Below are positions 8,729 through 19,159 of a stretch of DNA of 64,000 bases, one piece after another; position 1 is the stretch's first letter; each line of letters begins with the position of its first letter. The stretch covers positions 1 to 64,000 of the forward strand of contig JAYODI010000004.1 in assembly GCA_038279365.1 (NCBI GenBank), read 5' to 3'. A program made the position numbers and the translations under genes. Below the pieces are notes generated by a model that worked only from the letters and a program-made list of their open reading frames with translations, was not told the DNA's origin and searched no databases. This DNA is from Candidatus Latescibacterota bacterium. Its GTDB lineage: Bacteria; Latescibacterota; UBA2968.

Positions 8729-9211
8729 ATGCAGGAAAAATCGTTTGAGCCCCCATTTTTAATCCGGTTGATTGCAACCGGATTTTTTTCTGGGTATTCG
8801 GTTATTGCACCTGGCACTGCTGGAACGGCGGTGGCGTTGGTGATTTATTGTTTGTTGCCGCCACTGGGGGGATGGGCGTGGTTGGGGATTCTTTTGGGCG
8901 TAATTGGGGTGGGCACTTATGCATCTTATGAGGGTGAAAAGGCCTGGGGAAAAGACCCAGGATATGTTGTGATTGATGAGGTGGCAGGTTTTTTTGTGAC
9001 GGTTTGTTTTTTGCCACAAAGTCTTTTAATGGGCATTGTTGGTTTTTTTCTGTTTCGCGTACTCGATATTTGGAAACCGCCCCCCGCGCGCCAAGCCGAA
9101 GGGTTGCCAGGTGGGTGGGGGATTATGATGGATGATGTGTTTGCTGGCATATATGGCAACTTAATCTTGCGTGGACTCTTGTTATTGTGGCCCTCATTGG
9201 GGCTTTTGTAG
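8729..9211 (+). CDS. pgpA: Phosphatidylglycerophosphatase A
   Basis: APGTAGT, KDPGYVVIDEVAG, FR.LDI.KP.P and GGWGIMMDD motifs. Confidence 0.93.
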   Translation: MQEKSFEPPFLIRLIATGFFSGYSVIAPGTAGTAVALVIYCLLPPLGGWAWLGILLGVIGVGTYASYEGEKAWGKDPGYVVIDEVAGFFVTVCFLPQSLLMGIVGFFLFRVLDIWKPPPARQAEGLPGGWGIMMDDVFAGIYGNLILRGLLLLWPSLGLL

Positions 9212-9339
9212 CCCCTAAAGTGCGTGGTGTTATTTTAAGATTGTGGGTGAAATTGTTCAACTGGTGAGCGGGGTTGTCTGTCTGTTAGAGCTGTTTATAA
9301 ACCGCTTGTTTGTGACCAAATAAAAAAATAAGCTTTTTC

Positions 9340-9368
9340 TTGACCTATATACAAATGTTCACTATATT
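9340..9368 (+). promoter_or_regulatory. recA sigma70 promoter with a possible LexA operator in the spacer
   Basis: TTGACC-17 bp-TATATT; the spacer contains ATAC-AAAT-GTTC. Confidence 0.6.
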
Positions 9369-9471
9369 CGCCATACAGTTCAATGTGCGGTGTAGAAAAA
9401 AGGTGTGCGCAGTCTGCGTTCAAAGGGCTACACCGTGATCCGATCACTTTCCTTTTATGGAGCAATTGGTT

Positions 9472-10548
9472 ATGGCAAAAAAAGACGCAGCAGATGGCAA
9501 ACAAAAAGCAATATCAGATGCAATTTCGCAAATTGAAAAACAGTTTGGGCAGGGTTCTATTATGCGCTTGGGGGGTGATAACAACCCCCGTGTTCCTTAT
9601 GAAGTGATTCCCACAGGTTCATTGGCTTTGGATGTGGCATTGGGTGCGGGTGGGGTGCCACGCGGCCGTATTGTCGAAATTTTTGGCCCTGAGGGGTCGG
9701 GTAAAACAACCGTGATTTTACACACCATTGCAGAAGCGCAAAAACGCGGTGGTGTTGCGGCCTTTGTTGATGCCGAACATGCTTTAAACATTGACTTGGC
9801 AGAAAAACTGGGCGTCGATTTGGAAAATGTGCTGATTGCCCAACCCGATACGGGTGAAGAAGCTTTGGAGATTACCGATACACTGGTACGCAGTGGGGCC
9901 TTTGACATTGTTGCTCTCGACTCGGTTGCTGCTTTGGTGCCTCGTGCCGAATTAGAAGGCGATATGGGTGATTCACACATGGGGTTGCACGCCCGTTTGA
10001 TGTCACAAGCTTTGCGAAAATTGACGGGGTCGATTAGCAAGTCAAAAACGTGTGTGATGTTTGCCAACCAAATTCGTATGAAAATTGGTGTGATGTTTGG
10101 CAATCCTGAAACCACAACGGGTGGACGGGCATTGCCTTTTTATGCATCGGTGCGCTTAGACATTCGCCGCGTTGGGTCTATTAAAGATGGTCAAGAAGTT
10201 ATTGGAAACCGTGTGAAGGTGCGTGTGGTCAAAAACAAAATGGCTCCTCCTTTTAAAGAGTGTGAATTTGACCTGATGTTTGGCATTGGCATTTCACGTG
10301 AGGGCAGTTTGTTGGATATGGCCGAATTGCACGGGTTGGTTCAAAAGAGCGGTACGTGGTTTTCTTATGGTGATGAACGCTTGGGGCAAGGCCGTGAAAA
10401 TGTAAAACGATATTTACAAGAAAACCCAAAAGTTGCCACCCAGTTGGAGCGCGAAGTGCGCCAAGCGGTCGGGCTGTCTGTAGATGATGTGATTGATGTG
10501 GTTGTAGATGAGGTGGAAGACGCCGAATTGGAAGAGGAGAAAGCCTAA
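9472..10548 (+). CDS. recA: Recombinase A
   Basis: [42 protein letters not shown] and KNKMAPPF motifs. Confidence 0.99.
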   Translation: MAKKDAADGKQKAISDAISQIEKQFGQGSIMRLGGDNNPRVPYEVIPTGSLALDVALGAGGVPRGRIVEIFGPEGSGKTTVILHTIAEAQKRGGVAAFVDAEHALNIDLAEKLGVDLENVLIAQPDTGEEALEITDTLVRSGAFDIVALDSVAALVPRAELEGDMGDSHMGLHARLMSQALRKLTGSISKSKTCVMFANQIRMKIGVMFGNPETTTGGRALPFYASVRLDIRRVGSIKDGQEVIGNRVKVRVVKNKMAPPFKECEFDLMFGIGISREGSLLDMAELHGLVQKSGTWFSYGDERLGQGRENVKRYLQENPKVATQLEREVRQAVGLSVDDVIDVVVDEVEDAELEEEKA

Positions 10549-10614
10549 TCTTATCTTTGACTGCTGAAAGGTTGTTGGATACCCAACGGTAGAAAAAATC
10601 GCATTTTACACTTG

Positions 10615-10667
10615 GACAACAGGGTGGGTTTGCCTATTTTATGTAACTCCCGTCCTGTTGTTTTTTT
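10615..10667 (+). terminator. Hairpin plus T-tract between recA and recX
   Basis: GACAACAGG...CCTGTTGT followed by a T-run. Confidence 0.55.
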
Positions 10668-10682
10668 GTGGGAGTAAGGGTT

Positions 10683-11198
10683 ATGCAATTGCACCCAGAG
10701 TCTAAAAAGTTGTTTGTGGTGGATGAGGCTGTAGAAAAAGCCAAGGCGGCTGCCTTGCGTCTTTTAAGCGGGCGTGCCTACACACGCAAAGAAATTCAAG
10801 ACAAATTGATTAAGCGTGAGTTTGAGACTGCTGCTATTGAGACGACGATGGCCGATTTGGACCGCCTCAATTTGGTAGATGATCGCCATTTTGCAGAGCG
10901 TTTTGTGAATGAGCGATTGCGCCTAAAGCCATGTGGCCGTGTGCTTTTGTCGCGAGACTTAAAGCGACGTGGAGTGCCTTTGGCGATTATTGATGATGTG
11001 CTTGAAGACGCCTTTGGTGTGGTTGATGCGTCGGCACTTGCTTATGATGTGCTTTCGGGGCGAGCACGCCGATATAAGGGTTTGGAAAAAGACAAGGCAT
11101 TGAATCGGATGTACGGTTTTTTGGGGCGGCGGGGGTTTGATGGCACGACGGCACGTGAGGTGTCTTTGCGCGTTTGGAAAGAAATAGAAACAGAATAA
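10683..11198 (+). CDS. recX: Regulatory protein RecX
   Basis: ALRLLS.R..T..E...KL, DD..FA, L.RRG and FL.RRGF motifs; lies directly after recA. Confidence 0.92.
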   Translation: MQLHPESKKLFVVDEAVEKAKAAALRLLSGRAYTRKEIQDKLIKREFETAAIETTMADLDRLNLVDDRHFAERFVNERLRLKPCGRVLLSRDLKRRGVPLAIIDDVLEDAFGVVDASALAYDVLSGRARRYKGLEKDKALNRMYGFLGRRGFDGTTAREVSLRVWKEIETE

Positions 11199-11259
11199 AC
11201 TGCTTTTTTAACGCCTCATTATTCACTTGGGTAGAATCACTAAATTAGGTTATAAAACG

Positions 11260-13875
11260 ATGAAGACAGCCGCTGAAATTAGAGAAGAGTTTCAAACATT
11301 TTTTGAATCGAAACAACATACCCGTGTGCCCAGTGCACCCGTGGTGCCTCAAGATGACCCAACGTTGTTGTTTACCAATGCGGGTATGAATCAGTTTAAA
11401 GATGTGTTTTTGGGCACAGGCAAACGGCCCTATACACGTGCGGCAGATACGCAAAAGTGTTTGCGTGTGTCGGGCAAACACAACGATTTGGAAGAAGTGG
11501 GTTTTAGCCCCAGCCATCATACCTTTTTTGAAATGTTAGGCAATTGGTCCTTTGGTGATTATTTCAAAGAAGAAGCCATCATGTGGGCTTGGGAATTGAT
11601 TACGGGGGTGTGGCAATTGCCCAAAGATCGGTTGTGGGCAACGGTGTTTGGTGGCGATGAGGCCGATGGATTGGATGCAGATGAAGAAGCCGAAAAACTA
11701 TGGCAAACGGTGACCGATATTCCCAACAGCCGTGTTTTGCGCTTGGGTAAAAAAGATAATTTTTGGGAAATGGGCGATACGGGGCCGTGCGGGCCGTGCT
11801 CAGAGATGCACTATTATATCGGGGATGATCCTGCAGGACAACCCGCAGTGCCCGACTTGGATGGCCCTGATTATGTTGAAATATGGAATTTGGTGTTCAT
11901 TCAGTTTAATCGCTCAAGTGATGGTTCTTTACAGCCCTTGCCGGATAAACATGTAGATACGGGTATGGGTTTTGAGCGTATTTGCTCCATTTTGCAAGGT
12001 GTCAAAACCAACTATGACACCGACTTGTTTTTGCCCATTATTGGCACCATCAGCGAAATTACCAAGCAGCCTTACAATTTGGAAAATCAGGTGCCGATGC
12101 GGGTGATTGCCGATCATGTGCGTACCTTGGCTTTTACAGTTGCAGATGGGGCATTGCCCTCAAATGAAGGCCGTGGGTATGTGTTGCGCCGTATTTTAAG
12201 GCGTGCCGCACGCTTTGGGCGCAAGTTGCACATGCAAGAGCCATTTATTTATCAACTGACCGATACGGTTGTAGATGTGATGGGTGAAGCATTTCCTGAA
12301 CTGCACGAAAAGAAAGACCACATTGCACGCGTGATTCGTGCCGAGGAGGAAGGTTTTGGCAAAACCTTAGATCGTGGGCTCGAGATTTTTGAAGAGGTGA
12401 GCAAACGCGGGCGTATTTCCGGAGAAGATGCATTCCGATTATATGACACATATGGTTTTCCAATTGACTTGACCCAGTTAATGGCAGCAGAAAAAGGCAT
12501 TGAAGTGGATGAGGCTGGGTTTTTGGAGGCAATGAAAGCCCAACAAACCCGTTCCCGCGAAGCTGGAAAAAAGACTTTTGCATCGCAAGAAGTAATGGGT
12601 GAGGGTTTTTTACCCGAGAAACATTCCGAATTTGTTGGCTACGATACCTTGCAAACACAGGCCAAAATTGTGGCCTGTCAAGCTGTTGAGGGTGGGGTAG
12701 ATGTGTATTTGGATGTGACACCGTTTTATGCCGAATCGGGTGGTCAGGTAGGCGATTGTGGGGTTCTTATAGGCGATGGTGTGCAGGTGGATGTGCAGAC
12801 CACCTTCAAACAAGGCGAAGCCATTGTTCATCGCGGGCAATTGGTTTCGGGGGCTTTGGATGCGTTGCGAAATTTGTCTGTAACGGCTCAAGTAGATGTA
12901 AACGCAAGATTAAGCGCAGCTCGTAATCACACAGCCACACATTTGATGCACAAGGCTATGCGCCAAGTATTGGGTGAACACGTGCATCAGGCTGGATCCC
13001 TGGTTGCACCCGACCGATTGCGTTTTGACTTTACGCACTTTGAAGGGGTAACGCCAGCACAATTGCAAGAAATTGAACGCATTGTGAACGATGTGGTGCG
13101 CCAAGATTTGGCGGTAGATATATCGTATGCCGATATGGAAAAGGCCAAAGAAATGGGCGCGATGATGTTGTTTACTGAAAAATATGGCGATGTGGTGCGT
13201 GTGGTGCGTGTGGGCGATTTCAGTTTGGAGTTGTGTGGGGGGACGCATACCAACAGCACCGGTCAAGTGGGTTTGTTTCAAGTGACGCAAGAAACGGGCA
13301 CGGCAGCAGGTGTGCGTCGCATTGAAGCAGTCACGGGGGCTGTTGCTGAATCTCGGGTGCGTTCACAACGAGATATATTGACCGAATTAGAAGCCCAATT
13401 GAGTGCTCACACAGATGAATTGCCCGAAAAAGTATCTTTGTTACTCAATCGCAATAAGGTTCTGGAGCGCGAATTACAACAGTTGCGCCGCGAGCAAGCC
13501 GGTTCCGATATGGACGAATTGGTTCAGTCGGCCCAAGATGTGAATGGCATTCGCGTGGTAGCCTCCCAAGTTTCACCCGCCGATATGGATGGGTTTCGCG
13601 ATATGGGTGACGGCTTGCGCAATGCTTTGGGCAGTGGTGTGGGAGTTATTGGGGCCAACTTGGATGGCAAAGCATCGGTAATTGTGGTTGTTACAGACGA
13701 CCTCATTGCACGAGGCATTCAGGCTGGTACGGTGGTTAAAGCTGTGGCGCAACTTGTGGGGGGGGGCGGTGGTGGACGGCCTCATATGGCGCAAGCAGGT
13801 GGAAAGTTTCCAGAAAAAATTGGTGAGGCATTGGCACAAGTGCCAGACATTGTTCGGGCACAGTTGGAAGGGTAG
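11260..13875 (+). CDS. alaS: Alanine--tRNA ligase
   Basis: LLFTNAGMNQFK, HHTFFEMLGNWSFGDYFK, DTGMGFER, HTATHL, ELCGGTH and GGGGGRP motifs. Confidence 0.99.
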   Translation: MKTAAEIREEFQTFFESKQHTRVPSAPVVPQDDPTLLFTNAGMNQFKDVFLGTGKRPYTRAADTQKCLRVSGKHNDLEEVGFSPSHHTFFEMLGNWSFGDYFKEEAIMWAWELITGVWQLPKDRLWATVFGGDEADGLDADEEAEKLWQTVTDIPNSRVLRLGKKDNFWEMGDTGPCGPCSEMHYYIGDDPAGQPAVPDLDGPDYVEIWNLVFIQFNRSSDGSLQPLPDKHVDTGMGFERICSILQGVKTNYDTDLFLPIIGTISEITKQPYNLENQVPMRVIADHVRTLAFTVADGALPSNEGRGYVLRRILRRAARFGRKLHMQEPFIYQLTDTVVDVMGEAFPELHEKKDHIARVIRAEEEGFGKTLDRGLEIFEEVSKRGRISGEDAFRLYDTYGFPIDLTQLMAAEKGIEVDEAGFLEAMKAQQTRSREAGKKTFASQEVMGEGFLPEKHSEFVGYDTLQTQAKIVACQAVEGGVDVYLDVTPFYAESGGQVGDCGVLIGDGVQVDVQTTFKQGEAIVHRGQLVSGALDALRNLSVTAQVDVNARLSAARNHTATHLMHKAMRQVLGEHVHQAGSLVAPDRLRFDFTHFEGVTPAQLQEIERIVNDVVRQDLAVDISYADMEKAKEMGAMMLFTEKYGDVVRVVRVGDFSLELCGGTHTNSTGQVGLFQVTQETGTAAGVRRIEAVTGAVAESRVRSQRDILTELEAQLSAHTDELPEKVSLLLNRNKVLERELQQLRREQAGSDMDELVQSAQDVNGIRVVASQVSPADMDGFRDMGDGLRNALGSGVGVIGANLDGKASVIVVVTDDLIARGIQAGTVVKAVAQLVGGGGGGRPHMAQAGGKFPEKIGEALAQVPDIVRAQLEG

Positions 13876-13882
13876 GGGTTTC

Positions 13883-14635
13883 ATGACAACGTTTGACACA
13901 CTCATGGCAGCCTGTGAGCAACGGGGGGCGGGTTTTTTGCCTTATATTGATCCTGATCGGTTAGACAAAGCCGATTTGGCAAAAACGGCTGTTGTGTGCC
14001 AAGAACAAGGTGCCGATGCCATTTTAATTGGGGGCAGTTTTTTGCTGTCGACCAATTTTGATCGTATGGTGCACGAGGTTAAGCAAGTGGTGGATGTGCC
14101 CGTGATTGTTTTTCCTGGGGACACCAGCCAAATTGCGCCAGCCGCCGACGCGATCTTATTTTTGTCGTTGATCAGTGGGCGCAACCCCGAGTTGTTGATT
14201 GGACAACATGTCAAGGCTGCACCTTTGTTAAAAGCTCATGGCATAGAACCCATTTCAACGGGCTACGTACTTGTGGATTCGGGGCAACAAACAACAACGG
14301 AATATATCAGCAACACACGCCCGTTGCCTCGCAACAAACCCGAAATTGCTATGGCACATGCTTTGGCCGCCCAATATTTGGGGATGCAGTGTGTGTATTT
14401 GGATGCAGGCAGTGGCCCGCAACAAATGGTGCCTGAGGAGATGGTTTTGGCGGTGAGTGAATATACCTCCATTCCATTGATTGTGGGCGGAGGTATTCGA
14501 GAACCCGGCGCGGCCAAGCGCAGAGTGGAAATGGGCGCATCATTTATTGTGGTGGGCGGGGTGTTTGAAGAATGTGGGTGGGATGCAGAGTTGATTGGCG
14601 CATTTGCCAGTGCTATTCATGAAGGACATGCATAG
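13883..14635 (+). CDS. Geranylgeranylglyceryl/heptaprenylglyceryl phosphate synthase (group II-like)
   Basis: IDPD, ILIGGS, FPG, ADAILFLSLISGRNP..LIG, TGY, PRNKP, YLDAGSG and IVGGGIR motifs. Confidence 0.92.
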   Translation: MTTFDTLMAACEQRGAGFLPYIDPDRLDKADLAKTAVVCQEQGADAILIGGSFLLSTNFDRMVHEVKQVVDVPVIVFPGDTSQIAPAADAILFLSLISGRNPELLIGQHVKAAPLLKAHGIEPISTGYVLVDSGQQTTTEYISNTRPLPRNKPEIAMAHALAAQYLGMQCVYLDAGSGPQQMVPEEMVLAVSEYTSIPLIVGGGIREPGAAKRRVEMGASFIVVGGVFEECGWDAELIGAFASAIHEGHA

Positions 14636-14672
14636 TGGGGTTTGGCCTGCTGTGGTCTCAAGGTTTTGGAAG

Positions 14673-14698
14673 GGCCGCTTGCTGAGGCGGTTTTTTTG
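14673..14698 (+). terminator. Intrinsic terminator
   Basis: GGCCGCTT-GCTG-AGGCGGTT followed by a T-tract. Confidence 0.6.
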
Positions 14699-14709
14699 TG
14701 AGTTGATGT

Positions 14710-15606
14710 ATGAAAAAAGAAAATACGTTGAGACGCGTGCTGTGTTACGGGATATTGGGTGTAGACCAGTTGGTGCAAATTGCACATTTGCCAGAACAAG
14801 ATGGGCACACGCGGGTCTTTCACGATGAAGAATATATTGGTGGCGAAGCAGCCAATACCGCAACAATTTTGAGTGATTTGGGTGTGGATGTGCGCTTGAT
14901 GGGCAATGCACTTGGAGATGATCGCCGGGGTGCATTTTTTTTGCGCGCCATTCAAGACTATGCTGTTGATGTGCGGGGCATAGATGTAGAAAAAAGTGTG
15001 CGTACCGGTCATGCCATTGTGTTGTCTGATTCTGAGGGCGCACGCAGCATTTGTGGTTTTTTTCCCGACTTAAGGAGTCGTGCTCTTTGTGCCCATGATC
15101 TGGAAGGCATTGCCTTGTTGTCGGTTGATCCCTTTTTGGGAGAACATGCTGTTGAGGCGGCACGGCTTGCCAAAGAAATGGGCGTGTCTGTTTTTTCTAT
15201 AGAACTGGGGCCCGATCATCCCATGGCACCTTATTGCGATTTGGTGATTAATTCGGCTGGATTTATGCGACGGCACGAAATGGGCGATCCTACTGATGTG
15301 GCAGTTGAATTGCTTAAAGCGGGTGTTGAAACGGTTGTGTTAACACGGGGTAAACATGGTTGTCGGGTGTTTCAAGACAATGGCAGCAGTTTTGAACAGG
15401 CGGCTTATGCCGTTGATGTGTGTGATACCACGGGTGCTGGAGATGGGTTTCGGGCTGGGTTGATTTATGGCTATTTGAAGGGATGGACACTCACGCGTAG
15501 TGTGCAGTTTGCAAGTGGGTGTGCGGCTTTGGCCTGCACAAAAATTGGTGGGGCTGGGCATGGGGTTCGTGAAGACCAAATTTTAGATTTGATTTCTGAA
15601 ACTTGA
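14710..15606 (+). CDS. PfkB family carbohydrate kinase
   Basis: GGEAANTA, GDD..G, LTRG..G and DTTGAGDGF motifs. Confidence 0.92.
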   Translation: MKKENTLRRVLCYGILGVDQLVQIAHLPEQDGHTRVFHDEEYIGGEAANTATILSDLGVDVRLMGNALGDDRRGAFFLRAIQDYAVDVRGIDVEKSVRTGHAIVLSDSEGARSICGFFPDLRSRALCAHDLEGIALLSVDPFLGEHAVEAARLAKEMGVSVFSIELGPDHPMAPYCDLVINSAGFMRRHEMGDPTDVAVELLKAGVETVVLTRGKHGCRVFQDNGSSFEQAAYAVDVCDTTGAGDGFRAGLIYGYLKGWTLTRSVQFASGCAALACTKIGGAGHGVREDQILDLISET

Positions 15607-15678
15607 CGGATTTTAAGTTTGTTTGTTTATTTAACATCTTGAAAATTTGATTTTTACCTTATTTGGGTCAGGCAAATT

Positions 15679-15939
15679 ATGGTTGAAAAGCAAGCGACTG
15701 TAAAAAATAGATTGGGTATTCATGCACGTCCCTCTGCCTTGTTGGTGCAAGCGGCGGCCAAATTTACTTCGGAGATTATTTTCGAAAAAGAGGGTTTGGC
15801 AATCAATGGCAAGAGTATCATGGGGGTGATGATGTTGGCTGCCGAAGTGGGGGCAGTGATTACGGTGCGAGCCGATGGTGCAGATGAAGATGAAGCGCTT
15901 AAAATGATGGTAGAAAAGATAGAATCTATTTTCGATTGA
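15679..15939 (+). CDS. ptsH: Phosphocarrier protein HPr
   Basis: GIHARP (His15) and NGKSIMGVMMLAA (Ser46). Confidence 0.96.
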   Translation: MVEKQATVKNRLGIHARPSALLVQAAAKFTSEIIFEKEGLAINGKSIMGVMMLAAEVGAVITVRADGADEDEALKMMVEKIESIFD

Positions 15940-15944
15940 GGCTT

Positions 15945-17702
15945 ATGGAACGTTTAAACGGCATACAAGCATCAGAAGGGATCGCGATTGGGGCGGTTTT
16001 TTTATACGATCCAGATGATTTAAATTTGGATTATCGCCGAATTGCACCTCAAGATGTGGCATCTGAGTTGAAGCGGCTTCACGATGCCATCGCTGCCGTG
16101 TCTGAAGAGTTGAAAACCATTCGGGCGCAGGTTGAGGAAAATATAGGGAAAGAGCATGCCCAAATATTTGATGTGCATTTGCTCATTTTAGAAGATGTGG
16201 CTTTGCTTCAACCCACTGAGGCATTTATTAAAGACAAGTTCTTAAATGCCGAGCACGCATTTTGGCTGGCATTTCGCAAATGGCACGAACAATTTGATGC
16301 CATTCAAGACGATTTTTTTAGAGAACGCAATGCCGATTTGGTGAGCATTGAAAAGCGCGTATTGGGGCAATTGCGCAACCAAGAAAATATGGGGTTGGCC
16401 CAATTGCCACACGATGTGGTTTTGGTGGCACGCGATTTGGCTCCTGCAGATACGGCTTTGTTAGACAAAGATCGGGTCTTGGGTATTGTAACGGAAGTGG
16501 GAGGAGGCACATCGCATACGGCCATTTTGGCACGCGGTTTGGAAATTCCGGCGGTGGTGGGCATTGGTGCATTGCTCAAGCGTTTGCAACCGGGTGATCA
16601 GGTCATTGTTGATGGCCGTCGTGGTCGTGTGATTATCGACCCAGATGAAGAAACGTTGGCCTATTATCGTCAAGAGGTCGAACGTTATCGCAAAAGAGCC
16701 GAAGGGTTTGTTCATTCGCGCGAATTGCCTGCCGAAACAACCGATGGGATTCGCGTGTCTTTGCAAGGTAATATTGAATTGCCCGCCGAGGTGGAGTCTG
16801 CGCGCGCCTATGGCGCTGAAGGTATTGGTCTGTATCGCACCGAATACTTATATTTGGCCCAGGGGCGATTACCAGACGAAGAGTCTCAGTTTGCGGCCTA
16901 TACCCGTTTGGCCGAACGGATTGCGCCCCAACATTTGGTTATTCGCACTTTGGATTTGGGGGGAGACAAATTATCGCACTTGTTGCCCACCATGCCCGAA
17001 ACAAATCCGTTTTTGGGTTGGCGTGCCATTCGATTGTCTTTGGGCAGCTTGGATTTGTTTCGCGTGCAGTTGCGTGCCATTTTGCGTGCCAGTGTGCAAG
17101 GGAATATCAAGGTTATGTTTCCGCTTGTGTCGGGCGTTGCAGAGTTTCGCCAAGCCAAAGCCTTTTTGAAAGAGGTTCAAGACGAATTGCGTTCAGAAGG
17201 CATTGCTTTTGATGAAGGTTGTGAAGTGGGTGTGATGATTGAAGTGCCTTCTGCGGCAGTGGTGGCAGATCAGTTGGCCAAAGAGGCCGACTTTTTTAGC
17301 ATTGGCACCAACGATTTGATTCAGTATACGTTGGCTGTAGATCGGGGCAACGAACAGGTTGCGTATTTGTTTGACCCTTATCATCCTGCAGTTTTGCGTT
17401 TGATCAAGCAGGTCATTGACGTGGGGCACGCACATCACATTCCCGTTTCGGTTTGTGGGGAAATGGCTGGTGATCCTTGTTCGAGTTTGTTGTTGCTCGG
17501 GTTGGGCATTGATGCGCTGAGTATGACCCCGCGTTCTTTGCCCGAAGTAAAGCAGCTTATCCGAAAAACCTCATTTGAAACGTTACAACAAGTGGGGCAG
17601 GCCGTTTTGGATATGGATGGTGGGAAAGAGGTTTTGGCTTATTTGCACGAAGTTTTAGGTGAGTTGCTTACAGATGCGATGATTGCCGAAGTAAGTGTTT
17701 AA
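15945..17702 (+). CDS. ptsI: PEP--protein phosphotransferase (enzyme I)
   Basis: TSHTAILAR, GIGLYRTE, IRTLDLGGDK, NPFLGWRAIR, SIGTNDLIQY and VCGEMAG motifs. Confidence 0.97.
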   Translation: MERLNGIQASEGIAIGAVFLYDPDDLNLDYRRIAPQDVASELKRLHDAIAAVSEELKTIRAQVEENIGKEHAQIFDVHLLILEDVALLQPTEAFIKDKFLNAEHAFWLAFRKWHEQFDAIQDDFFRERNADLVSIEKRVLGQLRNQENMGLAQLPHDVVLVARDLAPADTALLDKDRVLGIVTEVGGGTSHTAILARGLEIPAVVGIGALLKRLQPGDQVIVDGRRGRVIIDPDEETLAYYRQEVERYRKRAEGFVHSRELPAETTDGIRVSLQGNIELPAEVESARAYGAEGIGLYRTEYLYLAQGRLPDEESQFAAYTRLAERIAPQHLVIRTLDLGGDKLSHLLPTMPETNPFLGWRAIRLSLGSLDLFRVQLRAILRASVQGNIKVMFPLVSGVAEFRQAKAFLKEVQDELRSEGIAFDEGCEVGVMIEVPSAAVVADQLAKEADFFSIGTNDLIQYTLAVDRGNEQVAYLFDPYHPAVLRLIKQVIDVGHAHHIPVSVCGEMAGDPCSSLLLLGLGIDALSMTPRSLPEVKQLIRKTSFETLQQVGQAVLDMDGGKEVLAYLHEVLGELLTDAMIAEVSV

Positions 17703-17743
17703 AGTTCATTTCTACTAAACTATAGAACGAAAGGTAACACACT

Positions 17744-18898
17744 ATGCGACGTTTGTTTACGTCTGAGTCGGTTTCAGAAGGACATCCCGACAAGGTCTCC
17801 GATCAAATTTCCGATGCCGTTTTAGATGCCATGCTTGAGCAAGACCCTAAGTCTCGTGTGGCGTGTGAAACATTGGTAACAACGGGGTTGGTGGTGTTGG
17901 CTGGTGAAGTGACCAGTAAGGCCGTGGTTGATTTTCAAAAGCTGGTGCGGGGTGTTATTGAAGATATTGGATATACCGATTCAAGTTATGGGTTTGATTA
18001 TAAGTCGTGTGGTGTGGTGGTGGCACTTGGCCAACAGTCGCCCGATATTTCTCAAGGTGTCACATCTGGTGAAGGGTTGCACGCCGAACAAGGTGCTGGT
18101 GATCAAGGCATGATGTTTGGATATGCCTGCAAAGAAACACCTGAATTGATGCCTTTGCCCATTACGCTTTCGCACAAATTGGTGCAAAAGTTGGCACAGT
18201 TGCGCAAGAGCAAGAAGATTAAATATTTGCGCCCCGATAGCAAGTCTCAGGTCACAGTCGAATACGAAAATGATAAGCCTGTGCGTGTTCACACGGTGGT
18301 TATTTCGACCCAACATGATGAAAAGGTCACGCACGCACGTATTACCAAAGACATTATCAACCAGGTGATTAAAAAGGTTATTCCTGCCAAACTTTTGGAT
18401 AAAGACACCATTTATCACGTCAATCCAACGGGCAAGTTTGTGGTGGGTGGCCCACACGGTGATTGTGGTTTGACTGGGCGTAAGATCATTGTGGATACCT
18501 ATGGCGGTATGGGGCGTCACGGTGGGGGTGCATTTTCTGGCAAAGACCCAAGCAAAGTAGACCGCAGTGCACATTATGCTGCCCGCTGGGTGGCCAAAAA
18601 TGTGGTCAAAGCTGGCTTGGCCACGCGTTGCGAAGTGCAGTTGGCTTATGCCATTGGTGTGGCCAAACCGGTGTCGATTGCCGTTGATACATTTGGCACT
18701 GGCGTCATTGATGAAGCTAAAATTGGTGAATTAATTGGTGAACATTTCGATTTGACACCTGCGGGCATTATCAAGTCCTTAAAATTGTTGCGCCCCGTGT
18801 ACCGTCCCACAGCCGCTTATGGCCACTTTGGTCGCAAAGAATTTACGTGGGAAGAAACCAATAAGGCCAACGCGTTGAAGAAGGCTGCGGGTTTATAG
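17744..18898 (+). CDS. metK: Methionine adenosyltransferase
   Basis: [19 protein letters not shown] and [16 protein letters not shown] motifs. Confidence 0.99.
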   Translation: MRRLFTSESVSEGHPDKVSDQISDAVLDAMLEQDPKSRVACETLVTTGLVVLAGEVTSKAVVDFQKLVRGVIEDIGYTDSSYGFDYKSCGVVVALGQQSPDISQGVTSGEGLHAEQGAGDQGMMFGYACKETPELMPLPITLSHKLVQKLAQLRKSKKIKYLRPDSKSQVTVEYENDKPVRVHTVVISTQHDEKVTHARITKDIINQVIKKVIPAKLLDKDTIYHVNPTGKFVVGGPHGDCGLTGRKIIVDTYGGMGRHGGGAFSGKDPSKVDRSAHYAARWVAKNVVKAGLATRCEVQLAYAIGVAKPVSIAVDTFGTGVIDEAKIGELIGEHFDLTPAGIIKSLKLLRPVYRPTAAYGHFGRKEFTWEETNKANALKKAAGL

Positions 18899-18921
18899 TT
18901 TTAGATTAATTGTAGGTGTTT

Positions 18922-18956
18922 AAAAAGGCAGGCATCTTTTGATGCCTGCCTTTTTT
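18922..18956 (+). terminator. Intrinsic terminator after metK
   Basis: AAAAAGGCAGGCATC-TTTT-GATGCCTGCCTTTTTT perfect stem. Confidence 0.9.
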
Positions 18957-19159
18957 GGTGTATAATGTTGTTTGGAAACATTTTTTATTTAAAAAATAAA
19001 TAGTTAATTTTATTTGTTTTAGTGATTTTTATATTTCATTAATTGTATTTATTAAAATCTTTTCTTGAATTCTGAATGAACCTTCGCTAAGTTCAAGTTT
19101 ATAAAATAAAACACAAGATAAAATCCATTTCGTTAATTGGCTGGTCGCGTGAGGGAACC

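Noticed and set aside
13682..13882. N-terminal extension of the GGGP synthase ORF overlapping alaS
   Set aside because: This is an open-frame artefact; the ATG at 13883 gives a normal-length enzyme.
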